DNA of 64,000 nt from Thecamonas trahens ATCC 50062 (GCF_000142905.1 NW_013657676.1:600085-664084), one strand, 5' to 3'. Counted from the first letter of the stretch, positions 43,601 through 56,500 are shown. Made by a program: numbers and translations. Notes: generated by a model from the sequence alone, not told the origin.

Positions 43601-44650
43601 ACGGCTTCTCTTCCATCGGGCTATGGGCAAAGAAATGGCGCGGTTCGACCAGATGTCATCACGGATGGCGCCGACGCTCAACGCGTCTCAGCTCTCGCTG
43701 GCGTCACTCGCGGAGCTGACGTCGGGTGACGGTATGTCGCCGGCGCCAGCATCGCCTCTGCCTGCGCCGGCGGTAGTCACCGACCTTGCCCGCAAGGAGG
43801 CGACGTCGATGGCACGCCTCCGCGAGTCGACGCTGCAGAGCGCCGACTCGCGCGAGGCGCGAGTGTACCGCCTCGCCGGCGACGGGCGCCGCCCGATGGA
43901 CGCGGTCACGCTCTCTGGGCTCGATGCGCTGGCGACGCCGCTGCAGGCGCGGGCGAACGTGTCGGCGCTTGCGGCGCTCAACGACGATGCCGACGCCACC
44001 TTTGCCAAGCTCTCAGAGGCAGTCCTCCGCCGTGATCCGAACGAGATGAAGGCTGGCGCTGGGCGGACACGGACGCATCGGGCGACACCGATGCCCGAGC
44101 CGGAGAGCCGCGAGCCGGCGCGACACTTTCTTGTCGAGCGAGTCATTGGCGCCGACGGCCCTGCGGGCGGCGATGGGCTTGGTCCGCGCAACGTCTCCAA
44201 CGTCACTACGCCGCCGTCGTCGTGGTCGGGCTCGCTCTCCAACGACTCGGGGTTGGGCATTGCTGTTGCTGAGAACTCGGACGGCGACGGCGACGTCGGC
44301 AACGACCATGCCGTGCCAGCTGCGCTCGAGTCGTTTGACGAGCTCTCCGAGGCGTCGGACTCTAGCAACTCGGGCGACTCGCTTGACGGGCTATCGGGCA
44401 CCTCGGGCCCGCCGCGGCCGAGGGCGCTGTCTAAGGTTAATCGCCTCCGCCGCTCGTCGCTCTTTTCATCGGTCGCCTCGCTCCAAGCCGCTCCGTCGAA
44501 AGTGCTCGGCAAGCGAATTGCGCCTGGCGAGGCGGACCGCTTTGCCGAGCCGCCGTCTCCGAGCACTGGCTCGTCTGGCGGTGCCTCTCGCCCACCCGAG
44601 CAATCGACTATCCTCGATGGCTACCGGGACATGGAGTGGTCCGACTCGTT

Positions 44651-44681
<31 letters not shown>

Positions 44682-45303
44682 AAACGTACCCTGACCACAG
44701 CTTCACCGAGGCATTCTGTTGCCGCCGGGCGCGGTACTGCCGATTGCGGAGCGGAGCTCGTCGCGCCCCAACTCAAGGCCGACGTCAGGTGACTGGAGCT
44801 CGCGCGGGGCGGTCATCAACGACGAAGACATCCATATCCCGCGCCGAACACCGCCCGCGCTTCCGCTGGGCACTGCTGCGTCGGCGTCCGACTCGGACGA
44901 CACCAGCTCGGACCCGTCGAGCACCAGCCGACAGGCGAGTGCGCCGGCGCTGGCAACGTCCAATGGCCTCGGAACACCACATGCCTCCTTTGTCTCGTCG
45001 AAATCGTCGTCTTCGTCATCATCATCATCGTCGTCGTCGTCGTCATCGACGCCTTCGACCATCTCAATCTCGGCGCCGCCGCCGCCGCGGCCCACGCCGG
45101 CGTCCACTACCGCCACAAATGGGCGTCAGCGCTCTGTTGCTCCTAACGCACCGCGCCAACGGATCTCGCTAGCTGCCGGCCTCGCCGACTTTGTAGTCCC
45201 CGTCGACGATGGCGCCGCCGAGCCGACCGTCGAGGCGGGGAGCAGTGCCGTCGCCCCGTCTGATGTCACTGCCGCGCTCCTTGCCGAGCTCGACGGACTG
45301 TAG
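40605..45303 (+). CDS. CARMIL-like leucine-rich-repeat protein; exon 1 40605..40638 spliced to 41416, frame break at 44680-44790
   Basis: PH-like 'PRLFILTRYRI', 'ALARNRWF' and RI-like LRRs (LNLASN, LHLAHN, LDIDDN). GTAAGC donor, CTCAC branch and TAG acceptor give an in-frame splice. The tail continues in track ORF 44719..45303. Confidence 0.65.
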
Positions 45304-45500
45304 ATGACAGCGCCATGCAGAGCAAGTAAAGCTGTACGCGTCACCGGGCCGACTATCGATACCCCCCCCCCCCCCCCCCCCCCCCCCCCTCTTCCCATGC
45401 AAAGATCGAGTCATCCGCACAGTGATATGTCGTAATGGTACAAGTGGTGAGCCGAGACTCGTGCATTCGTCAGGCGTTCACAGTCGACTACAACAACCGA

Positions 45501-47412
45501 ATGTGGTCTAGTAACTCCAAGGCCGAGTCTGTGGGCCTCCTCCCTGGTCGCAAGACTCTGGGCCCTCTGTTCCTGATGATCACCACTCCGGTCTTTGCCC
45601 TTGTTCTTTGGTACGACTGCGTCCTGCCTGTTATCCCCTTCTCACTCTCCTGCTCTATGTCATTGTCTGTACCCATCCCGCTCCCCTCCCCTCCCCTGCC
45701 CCCCTGGCCACGTCGCCAGTCTGACTGGTGCGGATGGCCACTTTTTCAACGTCGGGGCCGAGGATGCTACGCACCCTACTGCAGCTCGCTACACAGATGG
45801 TATAGTGTCGAAAACTGTACTAGTGGTAGATGTATAACGGTTGCAGAGGTTGGCCAAGTTTCGTTTGTATAACGCTTGGTATGCCTGCTGGAGCAGCGTG
45901 TGTGTGTGGCTGGCGGTGGTCTTGCGCTCGGCGCGCGTGCTTTGGCTGACGGAGTCGCTCCCCCGAGTCTGTCGCGTCCGTTTGCTGCTCCGACCTTGGA
46001 CCTCCAACGAGCGCAATACAAGCGGAAGATGAGCCGAGGCATTCGACAGGCTGATTGTAGAAGCAATCATGTCCCATGGCTGGCTCGCAGTATGAGGACC
46101 ATCGGAGCAACTGAGCATGTGAGGACTCACACGGACGATGCATGTGACGGACGGCGTGTTGATGGTGTGTGTTTGTGTGTGTGTGTGTGTGGGGGGGGGG
46201 TTTAGGTACTGCCTGGTGGAGCTTGATGGCTCTTTCGTGACGTTCTACCAGCTCATCCAGGAGGTTGGGCTCAAGGAGGCGATGCTCATGTGCTGGCAGA
46301 CGCCGAGCTGGTACGAGTACAAGATTCTCGCGGTGTACTCTGTGTTTGAGCTCGCGCTGATGAAGTTCCCTGCTGCGATTGTGGAGGGGCCTGTGACGCC
46401 GAAGGGCCACGTGCCCAAGTACCTGGACAACGGCATGTCTGCGTACGTGATCACGATGGCGGTTGCTGGCGTGCTTCACTTTACGGACGTGTTCCCGCTG
46501 CAGACTGTGTACGACCACTTCCACGGGATGCTCTCTGCGCAGGTGATCATCATGCCGACGGTTTGCGTGCTGCTGTACCTCAAGGGCGTGTTTGCACCGA
46601 CGTCTGTGGACAACTACGACTCGGGCAACGCGGTCTTCGACATCTACTGGGGCCGCGAGCTCTACCCGCGCATCTTTGGCTTTGACGTCAAGATCTTCTC
46701 CAACTGCCGGTTCGGCATGATGTCGTGGCCGCTGCTGCTGCTCGCGTACGCGGCGAAGCAGTACGAGCTCTACGGGTTTGTCTCGGACTCGATGCTGGTC
46801 TCGATCGGCATCCAGTTTGTGTACCTGACCAAGTTCTACTGGTGGGAGGCCGGGTACTTCCGGTCGATGGACATTGCGCACGACGCCGCCGGCTTCTACC
46901 TTGTCTTTGGCTGCTGCGCGTGGCTCCCGGTTGTGTACACCTCGCACTCGCTGTACCTGGTCAAGCACCCGGTGGTGTGGGGCTGGCCGCTTGCCGGCGC
47001 CATCTTTGCTGCCGGCACCGTCTCGGTTCTCATCAACTACTGGGCCGACAAGCAGCGGCAGGACTTCCGGTCGACCAACGGCCAGCTCAAGATCTGGGGT
47101 AAGGACCCGGTCATTGTCCGCGCCGAGTACCAGACTGAGGAGGGCGAGTTCAAGAAGTCGATCCTGCTGGCCTCGGGCTGGTGGGGCGTCGCCCGCCACT
47201 TCCACTACGTGCCCGAGGTCCTCGGCGCGTTCTTCTGGACCTTCCCCGGCGGCTTTGGCTCGCTCCTGCAGTACTTTTACGTCATTTTCCTCGTCATTCT
47301 CCTCACCGACCGCGCGTTCCGTGATGACGCTCGGTGCCGGTCCAAGTACGGCAAGTACTGGGACGAGTACTGCGAGCTGGTCCCCTACCGCATTGTCCCG
47401 TACCTTATCTAA
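45501..47412 (+). CDS. DHCR7: 7-dehydrocholesterol reductase (sterol delta-7 reductase, DWF5-type); join(45501..45610,46206..47412)
   Basis: 'YWGRELYPRI', 'NCRFGMMSW', 'MDIAHDAAGFYLVFGC', 'LLASGWWGVARHFHYVPE' and 'RDDARCRSKYGKYWDEYC..VPY'. In-frame GTACGA..TAG intron. Confidence 0.92.
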
Positions 47413-47587
47413 AATCGATGATCCGGAAGCATTGCCTACCAAGCTAGCCAAAACCTGCCCAGTAGAGTGATGGCAAGTGGCTGCTACTGCTCGTCTTGTC
47501 TAGGCGATTGCCGCGTCTGGCTGGCACGAGTCATCGTCCCCCGACCGTACCCCACACCCCGCACCACCCAACTCTTTCACCACAACC

Positions 47588-47652
47588 ATGCCCGTTGTCT
47601 CTGTGGGCCGCGACAAGCTCTTTGCTCTCCTGGGCCGGACCATGAGTACGTC

Positions 47653-47690
<38 letters not shown>

Positions 47691-50088
47691 GAGAGATATA
47701 CCCCCCCCCCCGTCCCTCCTCCGCCTCCCCGTTCCTCCTCCGCCTCCCCTCCTTCGACGCCTCGAACCTTCGTTGGATGTTGGGCGAGGTGATCGCAGCG
47801 AGAGAGGGCGACCAGGGCAGGCAACTGGCGGGCCTGCCAGGGAGCCATGCTTGAGTTGGAGACAACGGAGAAATCCCATAGAGAAAAAGTGTGACGTTGT
47901 GATGAGGAGGGGGGAGGGGGTTTGGTTGGTATGATGGTGTGTACCGCTGTTTGTGGTCATGACGGGGGAGGGGGCCCCCGACCGGCGCGTGGGAGACCCC
48001 CCCCCCTTCTACAACCAACCACGTCCAGCACGCTCTTCTGCTCCTGCTCGATGGGCCACTAGCTCTGCTGCTATTTGCGGCTCTGTCATGTCATTGTTTC
48101 AGATCTGTGTCGATGACGGTTGTTCTGGCGGTGGTGAGGGATGATGGGTGGGCGAGGCGCAGGAGTGGCGGAATTTTTGACGAGGGAGTGGGCAAGCGGG
48201 CGGAGAGGGCAAACGTGTGGGCTGGAGCAGAGCTAGATCAGCACTTATGGTTGGGCGAGATGTGGTGGGCGCGAGTACAGCCGAGGAGGAGTTTGACCAC
48301 CTGTGCTTCGAGTTTGGCATCGAGCTGGATGATGTGACAAGCGAGAAGGAGCAGCAGATCAAGGAGCGCGGCGTTGCGGAGGAGGGCGCGTCTGAGGAGG
48401 TCATCTACCGGATTGATGTGCCTGCGAACCGGTACGATCTGCTGTGCGCCGAGGGCCTGGTGACTGCGCTCAAGGTGTTCAAGGGCGAGATCGAGCCGCC
48501 TGTGTTCTCTGTGGTTGTGCCCGAGGGCGAGGCGATGACCAAGATGTACGTGGAGCCCGAGACGGCACAGATCCGGCCGTATGTTGTGGCTGCGATTCTG
48601 CGCGGGGTGACGTTTACGGAGGACTCCAAGGCGTCGTTCATCGAGCTGCAGGACAAGCTGCACCACAACATTTGCCGGAAGCGGACGCTTGTGGCAATTG
48701 GCACGCATGACCTGGACACTGTGCAGGGCCCGTTCCGGTACCGGGCTATTGCGCCGGAGGACATTTCGTTTGTGCCGCTGAACAAGACGGAGGAGACGAC
48801 GGGCGCCGGGGTGATGGATCTGTACGCGGACGACGCGCACCTCAAGGGCTTCCTGCCGATCATCCGCGACTCGCCGGTGTACCCTGTGATCTACGACGCG
48901 CAGGACCGCGTGCTCTCGCTCCCGCCGATCATCAACAGCAACCACTCGAAGATTGAGCTCTCGACGCGCAACGTGCTCATCGAGTGCACAGCAACGGACC
49001 ACACCAAGGCGATGATTGTGCTCAACACGATTGTGGCGATGTTCTCGCAGTACTGCGACGAGCCGTTTACGGCCGAGGCTGTGCAGGTGGTGTACCCCGA
49101 GGGTGACGCGCGCAACGAGCGGGCGCTTGCGCACTACCCGGACATGTCTGCACGGACGGCGAGCGCGGACGTGGCGTACATCAACCGGGTGATTGGGATC
49201 AACGAGGACGCACAGGGCATTGCTGCGCTGCTCAACAAGATGATGCTGCCGACGGCTGTGGGCGAGGATGGGGCGAGCGTGGACGTGAGCGTGCCGCCGA
49301 CGCGGTCTGACGTGCTCCACGCGTGCGACATTGCCGAGGACGCGGCGATTGCGTACGGGTACAACAACCTGCAGAAGACGGAGCCGAAGACGTACACGGT
49401 CGGCAAGCAGCTGCCGATCAACAAGCTGACGGACCTGCTGCGACTGGAGGTGGCGATGTTTGAGTTTACGGAGATTCTCACGTTCTCACTCTGCTCGCAC
49501 GCCGACGCGTTCGAGAACCTGCGGCGCGAGGACGACGGGCAGACGGCGGTGCTGATCGGAAACCCCAAGACGTCTGACTACGAGATGGCGCGGCCGACGC
49601 TGATGGGTGGGATGCTGAAGACGCTGGCGGCCAACGCGAGCCAGCCGCTCCCGCGCAAGCTGTTTGAGATCACCGACGTGGTGATCAAGGACCCGAGCAC
49701 CGACGTCGGGGCGCGCAACGACCGGCGGCTGGCGGTGGCGTACTCGAACCACTCGGCCGAGTTTGAGATCGTCCATGGCGTCCTCGACCGGGTTATGGAG
49801 GTCATCGGCGTGGCGTGGGCCGACGAGCCGGCCAAGGCGTCGGCGTCCGACGGTCCGGCGGAGGCCGCCGCCGTCTCGGCCGCCACCGCTAGCCTCTCGT
49901 ACAAGCTGGAGGAGGCCGACGACGCCGCCTTTTTCCCGGGCTTCCAGGCTTCGATCCACCTCAACAACGAGGTCATCGGCTCTGTCGGCATTGTCCACCC
50001 CGAGGTTCTCGCCAACTTTGGCATCTCGTACCCGGTCTCGTACCTCGAGATGTCCATCGAGCCGTTCCTTGTCGACCATTCCAAGTGA
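47588..50088 (+). CDS. FARSB: Cytosolic phenylalanyl-tRNA synthetase beta subunit; join(47588..47645,48281..50088)
   Basis: Spliced start [36 protein letters not shown]; 'PANRYDLLC', 'LQDKLHHNICRKRTLVAIGTHD', 'LSLPPIIN' and 'DIAEDAAIAYGYNN'. Confidence 0.97.
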
Positions 50089-50276
50089 GTAACATTCGGT
50101 TCTGTCAGAGAAGAGAGGCAAGCGCGGCAAGCAGCCACTGTTCCGGTCGAATAACATGCTTGATGCATCCTTTGTGCGGGGTGCGCTATCGAGTGGCGCG
50201 GGGCCACAGCTTCCACGGCCACCGAGGGCGAGCGCTACCTCGGACACGCCACCTGCGCCACAGCTGTCTCGAGTTG

Positions 50277-51424
50277 ATGGCAGAGGGTCATATGGCCTCT
50301 GAGAGTCACGAGGCAGGTGAAGGAAGTGATGTACGGGTACGAGTCGTCATACCGCCGTCGACCAAGATAGAGCTCTCCTTGAGTCGACCTGTTGTCCGGG
50401 GAGCGGTGGAGGCAGGCATCCGTGGTAAGGTACCTTCCGTCAAGCACCGCTTCCTCCGGCTCGTCCACAATGGTGCGGTCCTTCCGAGTGCTTCCAATGC
50501 TCTGCTTGACCTCCCCAACAATGCTGTACTCCATTGTATTGCCAAGAATGGGCCTTGGTCCGACGCTGTTCCGGTCCCGCCGCCTGCTCGCCCTGGTGTG
50601 ACAGCTGCGGCTGCTCTCCCGCCTGCTCTTACTGGTTTGGCTCTCCCGCGCGCTGCTGCACAGGAGGGCGAGGTGGAGATAGTGTCGGCAAGGCCGGGTG
50701 GCGTGTCGCGGAGACGATCGGAGGGGCTGCGACGCGAGACGGGGCGGAGAAGAGCGAGGAGATCGCGGCGCGGGCGAGGGCTCGGCGGCGATGGCGATGG
50801 CGAGACCGGCCGCCGGATGCGCGAGGAGAGGAGGCGGCAACGGACGGCCACACGCGACGATGGCAGCGACGATGGAGGCAGTGGCGACGACGACGACGGC
50901 GACGACGAGCTTGGCTTTGACCATTTGACCACGTACGGTTTTGGCGCGCAGCAGATTGCCGAGGTCCGCGAGCGGTTTCTGGAGGCGCGCGGGCACTTGC
51001 CGGCGGCGCAGCGGCGTCAGGAGGAGGAAGAGTGGATGAACGCCATTGCACTCATCTCGCTCCACGATCCGCACATCAGCCCGGTTGACGTGCTCGCGCA
51101 GAACATGGTGCCACCACCGGCGGCGGCGACGCCGATGAGCGCGGCAATCGATGACGTGTTTCGTGGGGAAGACGCGGCGGCGATGGTCGCAACCGGGCAG
51201 CGCGGGCGGCTGCGTCTGCCACCACTGCCATTGTGGCGGCTGTGACTCAAGAGGGCTCGCACTTTGACTTTCTCGTCGGCGCTGTGGCCGGCTTTGTTCT
51301 CGGTCCGATCCTCATGATCTGGCTCTGCTGCGAAGACTCACTAACGGGCCAGTTCCGGCTTGGTCTTGTCCTGGGTCTGTTGATCAACGCCGGCTTTGGC
51401 TTGTTGCGGCTTGTGGACGGATGA
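50277..51424 (+). CDS. DSC3/TMUB-like protein (ubiquitin-like domain plus two C-terminal TM helices); frame break at about 51195-51206
   Basis: Ubl remnant 'LRLVHNGAVL...VLHCI'; 'GFDHLTTYGF...AEVRERF...EEEWM'; -1 frame 'EGSHFDFLVGAVAGFVLG...GLVLGLLINAGFG'. Confidence 0.75.
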
Positions 51425-51822
51425 CGGCCTGTTGGTGCTGGCCCAAGACCGCAGCGTCAGCGCCCTCGGCACGCTGGCACAAGATCGAGATGACAGGCTG
51501 CCTTGACGCTCTGATCAAGTACATACCGAGCTACTACCGCTAGCCTTTTCACCCCCCCCCCCCCTGCCGCGCGCGCTTGATCTCGACATTCTCCATGTCC
51601 TCAGTCGACGTGCCCGAGGAGCGATCAATGGCGCGTCGACAAGACTCGGCTGAGGCCACGTTTACCCAAGCCACCCCAGGCTACACCAGTGCGACCCAAT
51701 ACCACCCACCCACCCTACCCAATGCAGATGGCCAAGGTGTACACATGTAGGCGATGTGGTACCTCCTTCCCCTCCCAGCCTGTGTGTGGGAGGCAGGGGG
51801 AGGGGAGGGGAGACCAGGTCGG

Positions 51823-51996
51823 TCATGACTTCATCTTGGCCTCCTTGAAGAGGACGTGTTGACGGACAACAGGGTCGTACTTGCGAAAGGCAAGAGGCCG
51901 CTGAATGGACTTGGGGTTCTTACGGATGGTGTAGTAGAAGCCAGTACCTGCTGCAGACACAAGCTTCACAATAACCGTCTTGCGCTTGCCAGACAT
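51823..51996 (-). CDS. MRPL33: Mitochondrial ribosomal protein bL33m, 57 aa (below the ORF-track cutoff)
   Basis: Manual translation MSGKRKTVIVKLVSAAGTGFYYTIRKNPKSIQRPLAFRKYDPVVRQHVLFKEAKMKS*, a classic L33 pattern. Confidence 0.95.
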   Translation of the reverse strand: MSGKRKTVIVKLVSAAGTGFYYTIRKNPKSIQRPLAFRKYDPVVRQHVLFKEAKMKS

Positions 51997-52040
51997 CCCC
52001 CTCGCTCGCTCTCTCGCGTCAACTGTGTCCGTCTCGGCTC

Positions 52041-52165
52041 ACCTCCCGCCCAGCGGCACTCCCGCCCACTCCCGCCTGCTCCCGCCCGCTTCCACCCGCT
52101 CCCGCCCACTCTTGCCCGCTCCCAACGGCTCCCACCCACTCCCGGTCACTCCCGCCCACTCCCGC
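52041..52165. repeat. Degenerate 10-bp minisatellite (CTCCCGCCCA), about 12 units, in the divergent bL33m/CMSS1 spacer
   Basis: Repeated ctcccgccca / ctcccgcccg / ctcccaccca units. Confidence 0.75.
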
Positions 52166-52505
52166 TGCCATCTGTAGACCATGATGTGCAGATCATGTAC
52201 CGATCCACCTCCCTACCACACAGCCTTTGCACTCTCTCGAGGCAGCCATGCTCATAAGTGTCCCAACCCATATCCTCAACAAGCCCTCCATCCCAAGATG
52301 CACTATCATCCCTCTCTTCTCTCTCTCTCTCCCGATCTCTCCCCTCCCCCCCCCCCCCCCCCCGATCTCCACCCCCCCCCGATCCCCGGCCTGATCTCCC
52401 TCTCTGCCCTCTGTCCCCGCAACTCCATCCATCCATCCGCCCACCCGTCCACTGCCACCACACCCCATTGCGGAGGCACTCACCTCACTCACACTCGCAC
52501 TCATC

Positions 52506-53516
52506 ATGGCTGTGCCTTCGTTCGAGCCGCTGGAGCTGGACTTTGATGACTCTGCTGTGCTTGGAGGGGACAATGCGGCTGCGCTGGTGACCTTTGGCTC
52601 TGATGACGACGGGGACGACGACGACGATGGGCAGGTCAAGATCGAGCTGGTGCCGGCGCCCGATGTGGGGAGTGATGACGAGAATGGCAGCGACGAGGAC
52701 GGCGGGGTGTCGCGGAAGCGCAAGGCTGACGATGCACTCGAGGACGAGCGTGCGGCCAAGAAGAAGAAGAAGGAGAAGAAGAAGAAGACCAAGAAGGGCC
52801 GGAAGCGGCATGACGACGAGGACGACCTCAGCCTCCCGATCTCGCTCCTTTCCGGCCCGACCGATGGCGTCGACGCTATGGAGGTGCCTGTGGCGCAGGC
52901 CAAGTACTTGCAGCGGCGACTTTTGTCGCTGCTTGCGCCAGAGATGTCGTCGGTGGAGCTGGACGCGGTGGCGGTGCCGCTCGAGGCCATGCTCCCGCCT
53001 GCGGCGAGCGAGATCCAACTCGGCCGCTTCACGCGCTCGCTCTACGGCGACAAGCACATGTATGACATGCTTGTTGCGCCGCGGCCGCAGGCGGAGGTTG
53101 TGTTTGGCGCGCCGCGGATCCTGATTGTGACAGCCGGCGGCATGCGGTGCGCCGACGTGGTCCGCGAGGTGAGCGCTGCGCTCAAGCTGCCAGAGAAGGC
53201 TGCGCGCGGGCGCAAGGTTATCCGGCCGGCGAAGCTCTTTGCAAAGCACTTTAAGGTTGCGCAGCAGGCCAAGTTCCTGCAGACCCACGAGGTCAACATC
53301 GGCGTCGGCACGCCGAACCGGCTCATCAAGCTGATCGAGGCGTCGGACGGGCTCTCGCTCGACCGGCTCGAGTTTGTGCTCCTCGACATCCAGCGCGATG
53401 CCAAGGAGCGGTCGCTGCTGGACATGCACGGGGTGGACGTTGACGCGGCGCGGCTGCTTGCCAAGCACCTGCTTCCTCTGGCTGCCGAGGGCCGGCTGCA
53501 CATCGGGCTCTGCTAA
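52506..53516 (+). CDS. CMSS1: CMS1/CMSS1 ribosome biogenesis factor
   Basis: 'KLFAKHFKVAQQAKFL', 'IGVGTPNRLIKLI' and 'LDIQRDAKERSLLDM', with an acidic/basic N-terminus. Confidence 0.88.
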   Translation: MAVPSFEPLELDFDDSAVLGGDNAAALVTFGSDDDGDDDDDGQVKIELVPAPDVGSDDENGSDEDGGVSRKRKADDALEDERAAKKKKKEKKKKTKKGRKRHDDEDDLSLPISLLSGPTDGVDAMEVPVAQAKYLQRRLLSLLAPEMSSVELDAVAVPLEAMLPPAASEIQLGRFTRSLYGDKHMYDMLVAPRPQAEVVFGAPRILIVTAGGMRCADVVREVSAALKLPEKAARGRKVIRPAKLFAKHFKVAQQAKFLQTHEVNIGVGTPNRLIKLIEASDGLSLDRLEFVLLDIQRDAKERSLLDMHGVDVDAARLLAKHLLPLAAEGRLHIGLC

Positions 53517-53521
53517 GCGGT

Positions 53522-56500
53522 TTAGTAGTCATCGGTATCGTCGGCGCCGAGGGACGACGAGTCCGAGTCTGCGCCGGCGTAGTAAGCGGTGACTGCTGGC
53601 GGAGCATTGGGCCGCGGGCGGGAGCGTGTCGAGGTGGCGACGCGGGCATCTGCGCGGGCGTTGGAGCGCTGCGCTCTCGACGAGGCCGCTATCTTTTTGG
53701 AAGCGAGTGATTGGACGAGCGAGCGGCGCGGGCGTCGCTTCTTGACCTGAGTTGGCGAGGCGAGCGCGTTGGCCTGGGGCGAGGCGTCGGATGTGTCGCC
53801 GGCGGCGGAGAGAAAGGCGTCGATGGCGGCCTCGGCCTCTTCCTTGGAGAGGGTGATGCGGCGGCCGGTCGACTTGTCCATGCCCTCGGGAACTTCGAAC
53901 GGATGAGCCGGCTCATTAGCCTGGATGCGGACAACGGTAGCCGGCGCGACAACACAGTCGAGTGGCGAGCTGGCGCCGGCGACGAGCGGGCCGGTATCCG
54001 GCGAAGTGTAGACCGGGAACGACTCGATGACGGAGCCGTTGATGAAGGAGCGGATCTCGACAAATGTCTCGTAAATGACGACGAGGAAGGTGCCTTCAGG
54101 TGAGGCACGAAAGGCGAGCGGGTGCCGCGCCACACAAACGGGCGCGAGTGGTCGATGGCGAGCGAGCCGGAGAGGATGACGACGCCGTAGTGATCAAAGC
54201 AGAGCAGGATGCTGTCCGGCAGCGAAAAGGCGGCCATGGGCGTGGGGCGCTCTGAGCGGGCGGCCTCTCCGGGCTGCAGCGCTGGCTTGGCCTCGAGCAT
54301 AATCTTGGGGTGGACGGCGGTGAGCGGCATGTCGAAGAGGCCTGCGAGATGGGGAAAAACGTAAAGTCGCCAGCGGCACCGGCGACCAAGCCAGTTCGGG
54401 TCAGATGGAGGGACTCGACCCGCCCCGGGAGCGGGAGTGAGGCTAGGCGGCGATACTGGGCGTCGTCGCCCGCCACGAGCGGCGGGTCGACGACGAGGAG
54501 GTCGACGACCGAGCCGAGCGCGAGGGCGACAAGCGGCTCGCCGGTGGCCATGTGGCCGACGGCAAATGCGTGGGCGCCCTTGGTAAAGGGCACAAGGGTG
54601 AGCGAGGCCGAGGTAAGTGACGAAAAGCCACGGCCTTCGCGGCCCTTGCGGTCGACGCCCCAGTCGCGGAGCTCAGTCAGGATACAGCCAATCTCTGTGG
54701 CGCGGAGCGAGAAGAGCTGCGGTGCCGGGCCGGAGGTGAGGATGAGGACCCTGTGCAGATCCATAGCGTGGAGATCGCTCCATGACGGCGATGTGATGGG
54801 CGCCGGCGAGGCCTCAAAGGAGAGGAGCTCCATCTGGTCGACCCGCGGGAGGTCCGCGAGACGGTGTGGGGTGTAGCCGTGTGCGACGAGCGCGTGCGGC
54901 AGCATCCACACGCCCGACTGCGAGCCGTAGAGCGAGGCTGCCGGGCCAAACGAGAGCGAGGCGGTGAAGACCTCGTCGAGGAGCGGGTCGAGCTCGTTGG
55001 CGGGCGCAAAGAGCGGCGCGAGGGTGTGGGCCTGCGGCGATGCCTGCGGGAGGTCGTCTGCGGCCACGTGTGGCGTGGCCCAGTCGACGGCGGCGCGGAG
55101 CTTGGCCTTGCACTTTGAGGCGCGGGCGTGCGGAAAGTGGGATTCGGCGGCGAGCTCGAGGTACTGCTTGCGGGTGCGGCGGTCGCGGATGACAAACTCG
55201 GGTGAGACGTATGTGGCAAACTCACCGTTGTGGCACTTGGTGAGGAGCATGTCGATGGTGGCGGGTGTGCGCGGATAGAGCAGAGCAGCGGGCGGGTCGA
55301 ATGGGCGGAGGCCCTTTTGGCGGGCAAAGGCGATGCGGTAGCCGTCGTCGGCCGGCTGGACGACAGCGATGATGTTGGTGTACTGCGACGTGAGGGTGTC
55401 GACGCAGAACGTGGTATCGCCGTCGACAAAGACAATGACGACAATGTCGTTGCCAATGAAGCGCTTGCGCTGGATAAACTGCTCGTCGGTTGCATCGTAC
55501 TGGAGCATGGTTGAGACGTGGAACATGACGGCGGTGTCACCAAGGGTGGTGGCAACCGAGTAGAGGCCCGACTTGTCGTAGGCGGTGTCGAGCTGCGCAG
55601 CGTAGCCGTCGTAGCCCTTGAGGCGGACGCGAGTGCCGAGCAGGTCGAGGAACTGATCAAAGGCCGGTGTGGCGTGCTGGTTACCAAACATGGCGTTCTC
55701 TTCGGTCTGGTCCTGGCGAGCGAGGAGGACGCCAACCTTCCACTTGGGCTCGGTTTCGGGATCCTCGACGTTGACAAGGTGCGAGACGAGGCCTTGGACT
55801 TCGCTCGACGGCAGCGGGTGGAAGTACTTGGCCCACTCGGCGAGTTCGTCAAAGCCACCGGCGCGGAGCAGAAGCTCGAGCGTCATCGGTGTCTCGGGTG
55901 CGGCGTCGGCAACGTGGACGAAGCGGACGACAGCCTCACGGCGCCAGAGAATGGTGAAGTACTCGAGCCGTGCGGCGTCGGCCGTCTCGGCAATGAGAAC
56001 CGAGACGATGGCGACACCGCCGCATGCGTCGTGCCACGCACCAAAGTTGAGGTGTGGAAGAGGGGCAAAGAGCCGGCGGTACCAGTACAACTCGGCCTTG
56101 GCGTCGTTGACCACGTTGATGGCCGAGTCTGGAAGTTGCCAAGCGTGTGGAGCGAGCGGCGGGTCGAGGACAAAGCCGGAGCCCGGATCGCAGATAGGGG
56201 TCCCGGCCACCGATGCAGTGTTTGGCGGCGGTGCCACGAGTTGGGTCTCGACCGGGAGGCCGAGGTCGGGGGCTTCATCGACTGAGGCGATGGAGGCTGA
56301 CGACGCCGACATCATCGACGATCGACGAAGAAGAGCCGAGCGTGAATGGCGGGCGGCGAGCGAGGGCGCGGCCGGCGGGACCCGGACCCAGCGTGCGCGG
56401 ATCTCGATGTCTCCAGAGATGGACTCGCCCTTGAAGCCGGAGAGACCGATGAGTGGATAGGTTTTGTGAAGGACGCGTTGGGCGTCGGTGAGCGACGGCG

